Source of the DNA: Barthelona sp. PAP020
Lineage: Eukaryota
DNA length: 64,000 nt
Reading direction: 5' to 3'
Assembly (NCBI GenBank): GCA_040182905.1
Contig: JARQWU010000005.1
Span: 62,001 to 126,000, forward strand
Shown: positions 45,219-55,378 of the stretch, piece by piece
Position numbering within the stretch: position 1 is the stretch's first letter
Layout: each line of letters starts with the position of its first letter
The notes under the pieces: model-generated
Seen by the model: only the letters and a program-made list of their open reading frames with translations
What the model was told of the DNA's origin: nothing
The model's database searches: none
Translations under genes and position numbers: made by a program

Positions 45219-45693
45219 ATGATCAAAGCAGTTATTGTATTCAATACAAAAGGTGAACCTAGAATATTGCGATTTTATGAATCAACTGTATGAATTATTT
45301 GTGAATTTCGTATGACTAACCATTTAGACTATTTCTAGACAACAAGAAATACTGAAAACTGTTGTTTCATTAGTTACTAAATCGAATTCTAAATGTCAAT
45401 ATGTAGATTGTTGTGGTTTATATGATGATGACCATAAAATTGTATTTTCTCCTTTTGGATCATTGTTCTTTTGTTTTGTAATTGATAGTATTGAGAATGA
45501 AAAGGATATTGCAGACTTAATTAGAACTTTTGTTGAAGCGTTAGACACAATTTATGAAAGGGTGAGTGAACATCATGTTATTGTTAATTATGAAGCGGTT
45601 AATTTATTATTAGATGAAATGATTGTTGGTGGTTTGGTTTGTCTTGATGATAAAAGGTTGCTTGTGGAAGCATTCAGAAATTTATCTGGATAA
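45219..45693 (+). CDS. AP3S: Adaptor complex small (sigma) subunit, most like AP-3 sigma; exons 45219-45287 and 45328-45693
   Basis: Spliced product MIKAVIVFNTKGEPRILRFYEST/TISRQQEIL...IDSIENEKDIADLIRTFVEALD...DEMIVGGLV fits the longin-fold sigma-adaptin pattern. Confidence 0.8.
45288..45327 (+). other. Spliceosomal intron (40 nt, phase 0) in AP sigma
   Basis: GTATGA...ACTAAC-CATTTAG; removal gives an in-frame join. Confidence 0.88.
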
Positions 45694-46365
45694 TTGTTGA
45701 AATAAATAATTAGAAATATTGTTTTATTTTTATTCAAGTGAAATGCTGGAAGTTGTTGATTATTTTGAGTGAGAAACCCAATTTTTGCATCCTATTCAAG
45801 ATATTTGCTATCTGACATGTTTTGTTCTTAAGCTTATTGTTATAATATTTTATCTGTACAATTCATCTTGAATTTGAATAAATATCAAAAACCCGATTTT
45901 AAATTGAAAAAATGATAAAGATCTCACATATGCAAAGAAAAGAGGTGCTCCTCAAACGCCAAAAAACACCAAACAAAAAATATAACAAAACGAAACCATA
46001 CCATTTATCCAACATAAATTTTGACAAATGCCCAAAACTAAACATTTAGATTTTTTTTTTAAAGACAAAACACGAGGAATGAACTCTTCACATTTGCCAT
46101 GATTGATAATTTTACCCAAAAATTGCTGATAAATCAAGAATAAATATGGTTGACACAATTCAAAGCCTTACACAAAATGAATAAAATATGCAAATTTGAT
46201 TTCAACAAGGTCCTTCAATTTTGATGAAAATTGATCCTCGTTCTTTCTTTCGTGAATTCTGATGTATCTTGGATTACAGATAGACCAATCAAAAGTGGAT
46301 TGAAAAACAGTGATTGACAATGACATTAATTTTGAAAATGATGGTGGTAGCTACTACCAAACTAA

Positions 46366-47592
46366 TTAATCATCATCATCACTTTCATTGTTTGGAATAT
46401 TCATAAACTTGTGCATATTACCACCATTTTTTTGATTAATATCAACCAAGTCCCAACATGTGTCAACAAGAACGTTATATTCCTCTTGATTCATTTCAAT
46501 TCCTGCAGTTATCAAATGTTTAATAAATTGAGAATCCATGTTTGTGGCAATAAGATTCGACAACACATAGCCATTGTTCTTTGACAATTCAACAAGTGTA
46601 GATTCTTGTGAAGGGTCAAATGTTCCCACAATGGGACATATTTTAATGGTGTTATTGATACATCTTCCACAAATTAACGCGGTCATGTCAGGTGATATAG
46701 CAAATGAAAAATGAGAAGGATCACAAACACACTGAATCTTTTGAATTTCTTGAAAGTTATTCACATCATATGAGGTAACATATCCGTCAGCTGACATAAC
46801 AAGAAGAATATTAGGTGTTAAAAAATGAAGTGACCAAACTTGACCTCCTACAGCAAATGTGTGAAGAAGAGATCCACTGTCCATATCCCAGAGTTTGACC
46901 TCTTTTGACAAATTACCAACAACAATAATTCTTTTGGCAGAATGAAAATCAACAGCTTTAAAATAGTCATTCTGAGCAAATGAACAAACAATAGCAAAAT
47001 TATCAGGGTCAATTAATCGGACAATTTGATCATCACTTCCTGTCAAAAGATATTTACTGTCTGATGAAAGTTTTACTTCCCAAATGCTTTTCAAAAAAAG
47101 CTCATTGGGACAAAATGTTTCTTGCAAGACAACATTGCTGTGGTTTGTATCCCATTTCTTAAGTGTTCCATTAAAATCACCAGAATATATATAATTGGAA
47201 CAATGTGAAAAACAAATTGCATCAACAGCACAATTGTTACTCAATCTACCCAAAATGGAGAAATCTTTAAGGCTGTATATAATAATAGATCTATCACTGG
47301 AACATGTTGCAAACTTTTGTTCATCTGGTGAAAAAGCCACACCACAAACACAAAATCTGTCCTCATGATCTTTCAAAGTGCGATTTAAACTCTCTGTGTT
47401 CATATCGATTATGTGAGTATTGCCACCATCACTACCAATCATTAGATATTTGCCATTTGGTGAAAATTTACAAGCATAAATGCAACCAGATAGCACTCCA
47501 ACAATCTCCCTCATCCTAATTTCATCAATTTTTAGAGGTAATATACTACGAATTGATTCTTTCACCAAATCACCGATTGATTCATCAAACAT
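46366..47592 (-). CDS. WD40-repeat protein, paralog A of a local family
   Basis: About 7 WD40 blades plus C-terminal EYNVLVDTCWDLVDINQKNGGNMHKF...SDDDD, shared with the gene at 55379-56575. Confidence 0.88.
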   Translation of the reverse strand: MFDESIGDLVKESIRSILPLKIDEIRMREIVGVLSGCIYACKFSPNGKYLMIGSDGGNTHIIDMNTESLNRTLKDHEDRFCVCGVAFSPDEQKFATCSSDRSIIIYSLKDFSILGRLSNNCAVDAICFSHCSNYIYSGDFNGTLKKWDTNHSNVVLQETFCPNELFLKSIWEVKLSSDSKYLLTGSDDQIVRLIDPDNFAIVCSFAQNDYFKAVDFHSAKRIIVVGNLSKEVKLWDMDSGSLLHTFAVGGQVWSLHFLTPNILLVMSADGYVTSYDVNNFQEIQKIQCVCDPSHFSFAISPDMTALICGRCINNTIKICPIVGTFDPSQESTLVELSKNNGYVLSNLIATNMDSQFIKHLITAGIEMNQEEYNVLVDTCWDLVDINQKNGGNMHKFMNIPNNESDDDD

Positions 47593-47897
47593 TTAAAAAT
47601 TATTGAAAGAGTCGAAAAAAGAGGATTTTGTTAGAAGATGACAATCATTTTTGGATATTTTTCTGCATTTTGAATAATAATTCAAATATTATTCAATGAT
47701 TTACAATCAGAAGATTTGATGTTGATAAATTAAACAAATTCTATTCATATAATGTATCTATTTCTTTATGGATTGTTTGAAATCAATGAATCTTATCGTT
47801 TTTTTTTCCTTATTTCAACCCTCTTTTATATTTTGGAAGTTTTCATGTCTAAAAAAAAAATAAAAAAAAAGAAATATTTACATTATTTACAATTGAA

Positions 47898-49868
47898 CTA
47901 TCTGCAACAATAACAATTCTCAATTTCCTCTACCCTATTTATGGATTTTTCATAAATTGCGTAAGCTACTAATCTAAGCTCAGAATAAGCAATTGCACTT
48001 GATTTTTCAACTTGATAATTATCATCTGCGGAAAAACTATGAAAATCTAAAAAGAAACCGAAAATTTCCGCCAATTTTTCCAATTTTTTCTGTTGTTCTT
48101 TCAAAGAAATGAATTCATCAAAAATATCTTTTGTCAAATCTTCAAAAAATGTATCGATTGCTTTGAAAATGTGTTTACTACCTAATTTAAACCAAACATG
48201 CTCTTTGGGATTAAAATTCAAAGAATAAGCACATTTTATCCATATTAATACAACTAAAGCGTTCAAGATACATAAATTATTTTCACTGAATGAAGATGAC
48301 CTCAAATTCATCATCGACATTCTCAAAAACTTATCAATAAAGGGCAAAATTTTTTTTGGCGGGATAACATTAAATTTAAAATTTTCCAATATTATTCTTC
48401 TGAATAGAACATTAGTTTCTGAAGGTAATAGACAACAAAAATCAAGAAATTCAATTTCATTCAAAAGAATTTGAGATAATAGACTAAAATCGCCAACAAT
48501 GGCATAGCTTAAAGTGTCACAAATAATATCTAAAGTGTCAAGATTAATTCCTCGTTTTTTAATCATTTCGTATAAAAGGCTTGGAATTTTTTTTGAAACG
48601 GGAATTTGTTTTTTTATGGCAATCCATTCTTCATAGCTTAAACCCTTTAATAATACCTCCAAACAGGTCACTAATCTTGATTCGTTGTTTTTACTTAAAA
48701 CATCAAAAATCAGTTCAATTAATGTTTTTCCATATTTTTGGTTATCATTTGATTTTAAGGGAAAGGGCTTCGATAATAACATGTCATAATTACTTATAGA
48801 ATAGTCCATAAATTTTCTGTTGAATAGTAAAGATAAACATTGAGAAAATGAGTTTGTAACTCTTGAATTGATGGTTTCACTACATTGGTCATCTAAAACT
48901 AAGTATAATAGATCTAAATGAAAGTTCAAGTCAAGTAATTCCTTTTGAATGTACAATCTATAAGGTCCAACCAAAAATTCGCTCAATAATGAAGTTACAC
49001 TAGGCAATTCTTGAATTAATAATAAAAACATTTGAATTGTATTATTTGCACAATACCTATGAAAATTAATTGAAACAAGGTTAATTAAATTGTATAATTT
49101 TGGTAAAAAAGAAATATTTAACAACGTATATTGTGATTCAGTTTGAATTAAAGGATTCATTAAGGGTTTAGCACATTCATAAAATGTGGGATTACCACTG
49201 CTCAAACTAACATTAATCGTGGTGAAAAAATAGTGCAGCAATAAACACATTGAAGGTAATTGATTCAATTTAAGAGTAAATTGGGTGTGGACTAAATATT
49301 TAGATTCTCTTATTAGCGAGGTTAAGTGGAAATTAATCTGTCGTTGCTGCCCTAAAGCCAATATAGATATTAAAAAATCAATAATAATTGTGTTATTTTC
49401 AGACAACAATAATAAGGGCAAGAAATTATTAAAATTATTTGACAACATCGTAATGTCAGTAAAACCCCATCCCATTATACCACTGTCATTATTACACATC
49501 AAAGAAGAAACTAATTTTATGATTAAAAACCCTAACTTTTCAGAAATGGGTTCTTTATCAACCAAATCACTACATCCTAGTAACAATTTAATAATGAAAT
49601 GTGGTGGTAAATCTGTGATATCGTTTTGATCCATATCTATTAATCTAGTCAAATGATCAATGCAGAAATCTTCAAAATAATAATTTTCAAAATTGTTCTC
49701 TTGAAAGCACATTCTTCTATTAATTAAACCATATTTAGTATTGATTTGAAACTTGGTTTGATTCTTCAGAATTACTTTCAAACTATAATCATTTTGAATT
49801 TCAACATTTCTTTTCGTGTTCATTTGATATTCATCAACTTGCAATTCAGATGGTATCTCAACAGGCAT
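47898..49868 (-). CDS. TRPC4AP/TRUSS-like helical protein
   Basis: C-terminal segments LEVLLKG, SETNVLFRRIIL, ENNLCILNALVVLI and DNYQVEKSSAIAYSE parallel, in order, TRPC4AP motifs as I recall them (VESFLRG, DSNMLVRCV, ENVSCLNTSLVIL, DSTCLENSSCISFSY). Confidence 0.5.
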   Translation of the reverse strand: MPVEIPSELQVDEYQMNTKRNVEIQNDYSLKVILKNQTKFQINTKYGLINRRMCFQENNFENYYFEDFCIDHLTRLIDMDQNDITDLPPHFIIKLLLGCSDLVDKEPISEKLGFLIIKLVSSLMCNNDSGIMGWGFTDITMLSNNFNNFLPLLLLSENNTIIIDFLISILALGQQRQINFHLTSLIRESKYLVHTQFTLKLNQLPSMCLLLHYFFTTINVSLSSGNPTFYECAKPLMNPLIQTESQYTLLNISFLPKLYNLINLVSINFHRYCANNTIQMFLLLIQELPSVTSLLSEFLVGPYRLYIQKELLDLNFHLDLLYLVLDDQCSETINSRVTNSFSQCLSLLFNRKFMDYSISNYDMLLSKPFPLKSNDNQKYGKTLIELIFDVLSKNNESRLVTCLEVLLKGLSYEEWIAIKKQIPVSKKIPSLLYEMIKKRGINLDTLDIICDTLSYAIVGDFSLLSQILLNEIEFLDFCCLLPSETNVLFRRIILENFKFNVIPPKKILPFIDKFLRMSMMNLRSSSFSENNLCILNALVVLIWIKCAYSLNFNPKEHVWFKLGSKHIFKAIDTFFEDLTKDIFDEFISLKEQQKKLEKLAEIFGFFLDFHSFSADDNYQVEKSSAIAYSELRLVAYAIYEKSINRVEEIENCYCCR

Positions 49869-50385
49869 CTGATTCTATAAATAAATGGATAAAAAAATCA
49901 AGCATCAAAAGGTGAAATTTGATAAAAGCAAATATCCATCACTCATTTTTAGAATTATTTAAATTGGTGTTCATTCAATATCACACATCTTTTTTATCTT
50001 TAAATATTATTTTTAACCACATTGAAATACAAATTTTGGTGGTGCTTTTTCTTTCCTGTTCTTCTTTTCATTTTTTTGACATTTTAATTGTGTCAAAAGA
50101 TCATCTTTATTGAGAATTTAATTGAAGAAAAAAGAAAATCTTGGGTAATGTCCTTGAAATTTTATTCATTATTGGTCACTTGTGTGTGACATATAATAGT
50201 AAATGATGATCATTTTTATCATTTTTTTTTGTCAATAATAATTCAACTGATGAATCTTTTATCAAAATTGAATCCTGTTGTGTTAAAATTTTCATTGTTC
50301 ATTTCTTTAATTTTAAAAAAGTTTTTGTTTTTTTTAAATCTAATGAAGAATTTATTTGAGCCTTTCAATCTATTCTTTACTTTTT

Positions 50386-51021
50386 CTATTTCACAGGAGG
50401 TGATCTTGGAGGATTTGGTGGTGGAAAATAAGGTCCAGGATAAATATATGGGGTCATCGCAACTGGTACTGTAGAATTGACACTATGAGCAATCAAGCTT
50501 TTTTGTTTTGGCTTGGGTTTGGGACCAGCTTTCAAAATTATATACGTGACTAAGAATACAGAAAAAATAATGGAAAGAAGAATTACAATTGACCTATAAG
50601 ACAACGACGACAAGAAACTGTCCAATATTTCCCCAATTAATTGCATTTGAATTCTGGAATTGCCTCCAACTCTTGTCCTTTCCATGCAAATTTTCCAAGC
50701 TGCACATTTTTGAGCAAATTCCTGATCGGGTAAGTTTTTATCACATTGATTATCCTGATAACGTTTTTCACAGTCATCTTTGTTTAGAGACAACAACATT
50801 GCATTCTGTTCATTTGCAGCCTCAACATCCTGTTTAAAAGAAAAAACTAAACTAGAAATAATCCATATTATTATACCAGCCAATAAAACTCGTAAAAATA
50901 AACTCATATATGCTGTTATTGTTTCAATATTATTTAAATGTTCCTCAACTGCATCATCTCCTGTTAACGCGGGAGTAAAATCTTCTATATCACTTGATAT
51001 GTTATCAAGTGCAACAGTCAT
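50386..51021 (-). CDS. Brl1/Brr6-family nuclear envelope protein
   Basis: Two TM helices flank the four-Cys luminal motif CEKRYQDNQC...CAAWKICM. The ATG at 51021 (MTVALDN) avoids overlap with SGT1. Confidence 0.85.
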   Translation of the reverse strand: MTVALDNISSDIEDFTPALTGDDAVEEHLNNIETITAYMSLFLRVLLAGIIIWIISSLVFSFKQDVEAANEQNAMLLSLNKDDCEKRYQDNQCDKNLPDQEFAQKCAAWKICMERTRVGGNSRIQMQLIGEILDSFLSSLSYRSIVILLSIIFSVFLVTYIILKAGPKPKPKQKSLIAHSVNSTVPVAMTPYIYPGPYFPPPNPPRSPPVK

Positions 51022-51065
51022 TGTTGTTATCAGGAAAAAAAAAAGTATCAATTTTTTTACATATA

Positions 51066-51884
51066 ATGACTGATTATCTTTCCATTGGAGACAAATATTT
51101 TGTTGAAGAACATTTTGATGAAGCAATTAAACAATATTCTATTGGAATTGAAACGTGTGAAACGAGTGTGTTGTTTTTACATAGAGCTTTGACTCATCGA
51201 AAATTGCATAATACTGTAAAAGCAAAAGAAGACTTGAATAAAGCGATTGAATTGAATCCTGAATTTGAAGCATATTATCCTTTATTTGGAATTGAAAAAG
51301 AAAATTTTGAAAATCCCGTATCTTCATCAAACAATGAAGTTAAACCACCACAAAATGTCAAATTATCACACTCAACCCAAGATTCTATTCGTCATGATTT
51401 CTATCAATCAAATACTACCATGAATATATGTGTTTATGCGAAAAATGTCAGTGATGTGGACGTAACATTTGAATCAAGCTTTGTAAGCCTTGAATTTGTA
51501 TTCAACAATGAAGTTAAACATTTACACTGGAACTTGTTTGATGCTATCGTTCCTTCTGAATCCAAATATCGTATTTTAAGGACAAAAATAGAATTAACTT
51601 TGAAAAAGGTCAAACAAGAAAGGTGGGAAGCAATTGAACGTCCACAAATTGAAGAACTTCAAAATGTAGGTGACAAATGGACAAAATTGGAAGAATTAGC
51701 TGAAAAAGAAATTGATGAAAATATTTCTTCCAGAGATGCTATGGCCAAACTTTTTGAGAATGTTGACCCTGATGCTCAAAGAGCGATGATGAAATCTTAC
51801 GAAGAATCAGGTGGTACTGTATTATCCACAGATTGGGCTGAAGTTTCTAAAGGTAAAGTCAAACCATATGAATCAAAAAAATAA
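51066..51884 (+). CDS. SGT1: SGT1 Hsp90 co-chaperone (TPR-CS-SGS)
   Basis: TPR N-terminus, CS domain (IRHDFYQS...TKIELTLKK...W) and SGS motif AQRAMMKSYEESGGTVLSTDWAEV. Confidence 0.93.
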   Translation: MTDYLSIGDKYFVEEHFDEAIKQYSIGIETCETSVLFLHRALTHRKLHNTVKAKEDLNKAIELNPEFEAYYPLFGIEKENFENPVSSSNNEVKPPQNVKLSHSTQDSIRHDFYQSNTTMNICVYAKNVSDVDVTFESSFVSLEFVFNNEVKHLHWNLFDAIVPSESKYRILRTKIELTLKKVKQERWEAIERPQIEELQNVGDKWTKLEELAEKEIDENISSRDAMAKLFENVDPDAQRAMMKSYEESGGTVLSTDWAEVSKGKVKPYESKK

Positions 51885-51903
51885 ACAACTCGTTTTTTTT
51901 TTA

Positions 51904-52476
51904 TCATATCAATAAGCCAACTTCAATGTTATGTTCTGAGCAAAAGGCTTCAATATTAACCCTTTTTTGCATAAATGCAGGCATTTTAAAAGCTAAGGTT
52001 TTTCTCAAAGCACTATCAAACAACTCAGATTCCACGCTAATTTTGTGACCAAATTTGGCCAAAGGTGTACCCGTTCTCCCAATAAGAATTTTTGTAAAAT
52101 GGTTGTTTATTTTTGGAATATTTGAATAATGTCTTAGTTTTGAATATATTTCGTGTTTGTTTCTTCCTCTGACTTCAGCTTTTTCTGTAATTTCAAAAGT
52201 TACACCATATTCTTTGTAATAATGTTCTTTTAAAGATTTTGAAGGGGTTCTTTCACAAAAGAAGAATGATTTATTGGGTACAGCAATTATTTTCAAGCCA
52301 CTCTGTTCATATTTCAAGTGTAATCTTTGTAATTCTGCTAATTGGTGTTTTTCACTCCCATAACTACTTACATTTACAAGCAAAATTACTTTCCCATAAT
52401 AACTTTTTAGCAATTTCCTTTCCCCATCAATTGTTCTGTAGGTAGTTTCCAACAATTGTTTTTCGGCTAAATCCAT
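51904..52476 (-). CDS. Glutathione peroxidase-fold protein lacking the catalytic Cys/Sec
   Basis: Motifs TIDGE..L..Y.GKVILLVNVSS, L..L...Y...GL.IIAVP, K.EVRG...H.IY and FTKILIGRTG follow the GPx order. The NVASxC position reads NVSSYG. Confidence 0.8.
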   Translation of the reverse strand: MDLAEKQLLETTYRTIDGERKLLKSYYGKVILLVNVSSYGSEKHQLAELQRLHLKYEQSGLKIIAVPNKSFFFCERTPSKSLKEHYYKEYGVTFEITEKAEVRGRNKHEIYSKLRHYSNIPKINNHFTKILIGRTGTPLAKFGHKISVESELFDSALRKTLAFKMPAFMQKRVNIEAFCSEHNIEVGLLI

Positions 52477-52678
52477 TCAAATAAATTAATTGTTCCACTA
52501 TTTGGAAAAATACCAGAGTTAGTAGCAATTCCTTCCACATTGAAAATATTTACTTACACTTTGAAAATGAAAATATGTAAATACCATTGAGAGTTTTTAA
52601 CTGTTTCTTTCACAAAAACACGAAAGATGGAAAATTAAAAAGTCAATTTATTTTTGAAACATATTTTCTTTTTATTTG

Positions 52679-55291
52679 ATGTCTACAGAAGAAAATTTGA
52701 GCAGAATATCTTCAACAGGATTGAATTCAAATGAAAGAACTGAAAATATTTCGGTTAATGATGATTTGCCACCTGATTCCATTTGGGAGCCTTTAAAAAC
52801 GGATCCTTTGTTTGTTTTGAAAAGTTTATGGATACCAAATCAAGAAGAAAGATTAAAATTAAGAATACTTGATGTTGTTATGATTGAAGAAGGTGTACCG
52901 ACGAAATGGTTAATGACTACAAAAGATGGATATGTTCGTAAACGATATACTCAACATTTAAGGTATGTTTTAATCAAAGAAAAATTTTTGTCGTCGTTTG
53001 AAAATAGATCAGAATGCTTTTTCACAATAGCATATGTTAACTCATTAAATGAATATAAATCGTTTGACAATAGCTTAGAAGCCTCGTTTAATTTAATACC
53101 TGATAGTCACTCACCTATATATTCATTTCCTGTGAATGTTATGCAATTTCGAGATGATATTTTGGCTAGAAATTCTTCTTTAAAATTGTTACAAAGATGG
53201 CGACCAAATTTAGGGGGTTGGAGAAGTGTTTTGACAGTTGATTTCAAGATTACTCCTGGTGCTTCTAAACCTGTCACAAGGGCTGCTGCTTCTTTGGTTA
53301 ATTCCTTATTTTTGATGGAAGATGATGACGAAGTTACTGATGCTCAGTCATTGCGTTTTCAATTGGATTCTCTTGTTGATGCTTCGAAAAATGCGAAAGT
53401 TTCAACTGAAGCGGAAGTGATGACTCAAAATTTGGCTTCATTTTTGGAAAAATATTATCAAAGAACCATTCATCACATGGTTGTTGAATTTGTTGTGTCA
53501 ACCAATTATCAGCCTTATTTTTTTAATTGTTGTAAGCTTGTATTTTTGCGAAAAAATAAGGAAGATAATATAGGTGCTAATGAACTTCCTCATCTTTCCG
53601 ATCTTTGTACTGCGTCTGATACAATCGTTTGTAAAGGAAAATTGTGTAATAAAGAATTGTCACCTGATATTTTAAGTGTGATTGGTCCGATTCCACCGGT
53701 TGCACAGATGATTAAGAGTACTGATTTCAAAAAGATTTCAAGGAGAGTTTTAATGTGTTGGAGATCTTTTTTAGTCTCTGGAAAGCCTGCAAGTGAAAGT
53801 TATTTGAAAATACATTCTCAAGCGTTATCAAGTAATTATAGGAGTGATTATGTATGTCCTAGATGTCATCATATATACAGTCATCTTGAAAAGATTGATA
53901 TTTTGGAATTTTTGAAAGATAATTCAATCAATGAACCAGAAACTGCAACACATGAAATATTAGAAGAATTGTTAATGTTGCAACCCAAAAAAGCTTCAAA
54001 TCTAAAAATTAAAACTTTGGATTTGAAAAGATCAGATTCAGGTGCTTTGACTAAACCAACAATAAAGAGTAATTCAAGATTATTATCTTCTACCATTTCT
54101 CAATCTCATAGGGCCGGAACTAGCACAAATGAGATTGATAGTAGAACTACTGATGCGTATTTACCTTTAAAAACGACTAGAAATCATAGATTGAAAGTTT
54201 TGAATCAATTTATCGATTTTGAAAATGTAACAAGTCTAAAAACTCATGAAGCGTTTGATTGCACATTTAAATATTATTATGAAGGTGTAGAAAATATTAA
54301 AGATATTGAATATGATAATGATAAGTTGTTAGTAGTGTTTATTGATCCTTTGATTGGTAATTTTGAAGATTATTTGTTAAATTTTGATAAAGATGCAGCA
54401 GATTTATTGATACTTGCTACTCCTGGTTCTGGTGGATCATTACTTCCTCGAAACGTTTCATTTGAAACCATTTCTTTGGCTTTACAAAATATCATCAATA
54501 AATATCGTTGTGACCATCATAAATATGTTGAATTTATTGGTTTTGGTTTCAGTACACCATTCATCATCACTTTACAAAAGATTTTTGTCCCTTCAAAGAT
54601 CTATTTGGTGAATCCAATTATTGATTTGAATAACATTAAAATACTTAGCTTTTTACAAGGTTTATCAATTTTAATTCAAAGTGTTAGCAGTGAAATTTTA
54701 CCCAAATTTGATCCAATTTCATGTTTTTATCCTAATCATCTATTTTCAGTAGAATATATGGAATCTAACAATTATTTGGAGGAAAATTTAATGTTTCCTG
54801 CCAGCAGAAACCGTTCTTCATATATGGAGATCATATCTCTTCTTGCAGATTCTAGATTCACGCTAGATTTTGAATCACTGGAGAATAGAAATGTTGTGAT
54901 ATTTGATTCAACAGAAGATTCCGTTTTTGATCAAAAAAGCATTTTGGTGAAAAAAATTCCCAATGCTAAATTTATTGATGTGGCTGGTGGTCATTATATT
55001 GTGAAAGAGAATCCATATGAAATTATATGTAAGTTAGTTGATAACGGTTTGAACGTTTTAAGGCCAAGTAAAATCGAATTTGAGGATTTTATGATTGAAG
55101 AACAAAATAAAGAAGAACAACTATTTGTTGAAGATGATGAGAATCAAGATGATGATGTTTTTATTAAAGAAGAAGAAATTGAAGAAGAAATTGAAAAAGA
55201 GGATTTGAAGAAAGAAGAAAAAGAGGAAGAGCAAGAAGAAAATATTGATGATAACAGCAATAAATCAGAGACATCTTCTGATATCCAATAA
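52679..55291 (+). CDS. Multidomain protein with degenerate C-terminal alpha/beta-hydrolase-like fold
   Basis: 870-aa ORF. The C-terminal region has PGSGGS, FIGFGFS, IYLVNP, STEDSV and GGHYIV in hydrolase order. A Cys-rich segment (CKGKLC, VCPRCH) lies in the middle; the tail is acidic. Confidence 0.6.
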   Translation: MSTEENLSRISSTGLNSNERTENISVNDDLPPDSIWEPLKTDPLFVLKSLWIPNQEERLKLRILDVVMIEEGVPTKWLMTTKDGYVRKRYTQHLRYVLIKEKFLSSFENRSECFFTIAYVNSLNEYKSFDNSLEASFNLIPDSHSPIYSFPVNVMQFRDDILARNSSLKLLQRWRPNLGGWRSVLTVDFKITPGASKPVTRAAASLVNSLFLMEDDDEVTDAQSLRFQLDSLVDASKNAKVSTEAEVMTQNLASFLEKYYQRTIHHMVVEFVVSTNYQPYFFNCCKLVFLRKNKEDNIGANELPHLSDLCTASDTIVCKGKLCNKELSPDILSVIGPIPPVAQMIKSTDFKKISRRVLMCWRSFLVSGKPASESYLKIHSQALSSNYRSDYVCPRCHHIYSHLEKIDILEFLKDNSINEPETATHEILEELLMLQPKKASNLKIKTLDLKRSDSGALTKPTIKSNSRLLSSTISQSHRAGTSTNEIDSRTTDAYLPLKTTRNHRLKVLNQFIDFENVTSLKTHEAFDCTFKYYYEGVENIKDIEYDNDKLLVVFIDPLIGNFEDYLLNFDKDAADLLILATPGSGGSLLPRNVSFETISLALQNIINKYRCDHHKYVEFIGFGFSTPFIITLQKIFVPSKIYLVNPIIDLNNIKILSFLQGLSILIQSVSSEILPKFDPISCFYPNHLFSVEYMESNNYLEENLMFPASRNRSSYMEIISLLADSRFTLDFESLENRNVVIFDSTEDSVFDQKSILVKKIPNAKFIDVAGGHYIVKENPYEIICKLVDNGLNVLRPSKIEFEDFMIEEQNKEEQLFVEDDENQDDDVFIKEEEIEEEIEKEDLKKEEKEEEQEENIDDNSNKSETSSDIQ

Positions 55292-55378
55292 TATGTGCTT
55301 ATTATACTGAATCATTGTTGATTGAAGGAAAAAAAGTAAATTATGAGAATTGTATTTTTTATTATTGTCAATTTTTAT

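Noticed and set aside
50203..50250. ATGATGA...CTGA pair resembling a C/D snoRNA
   Set aside because: Too short (under 50 nt), the interior is T-rich low complexity, and there is no recognisable guide.
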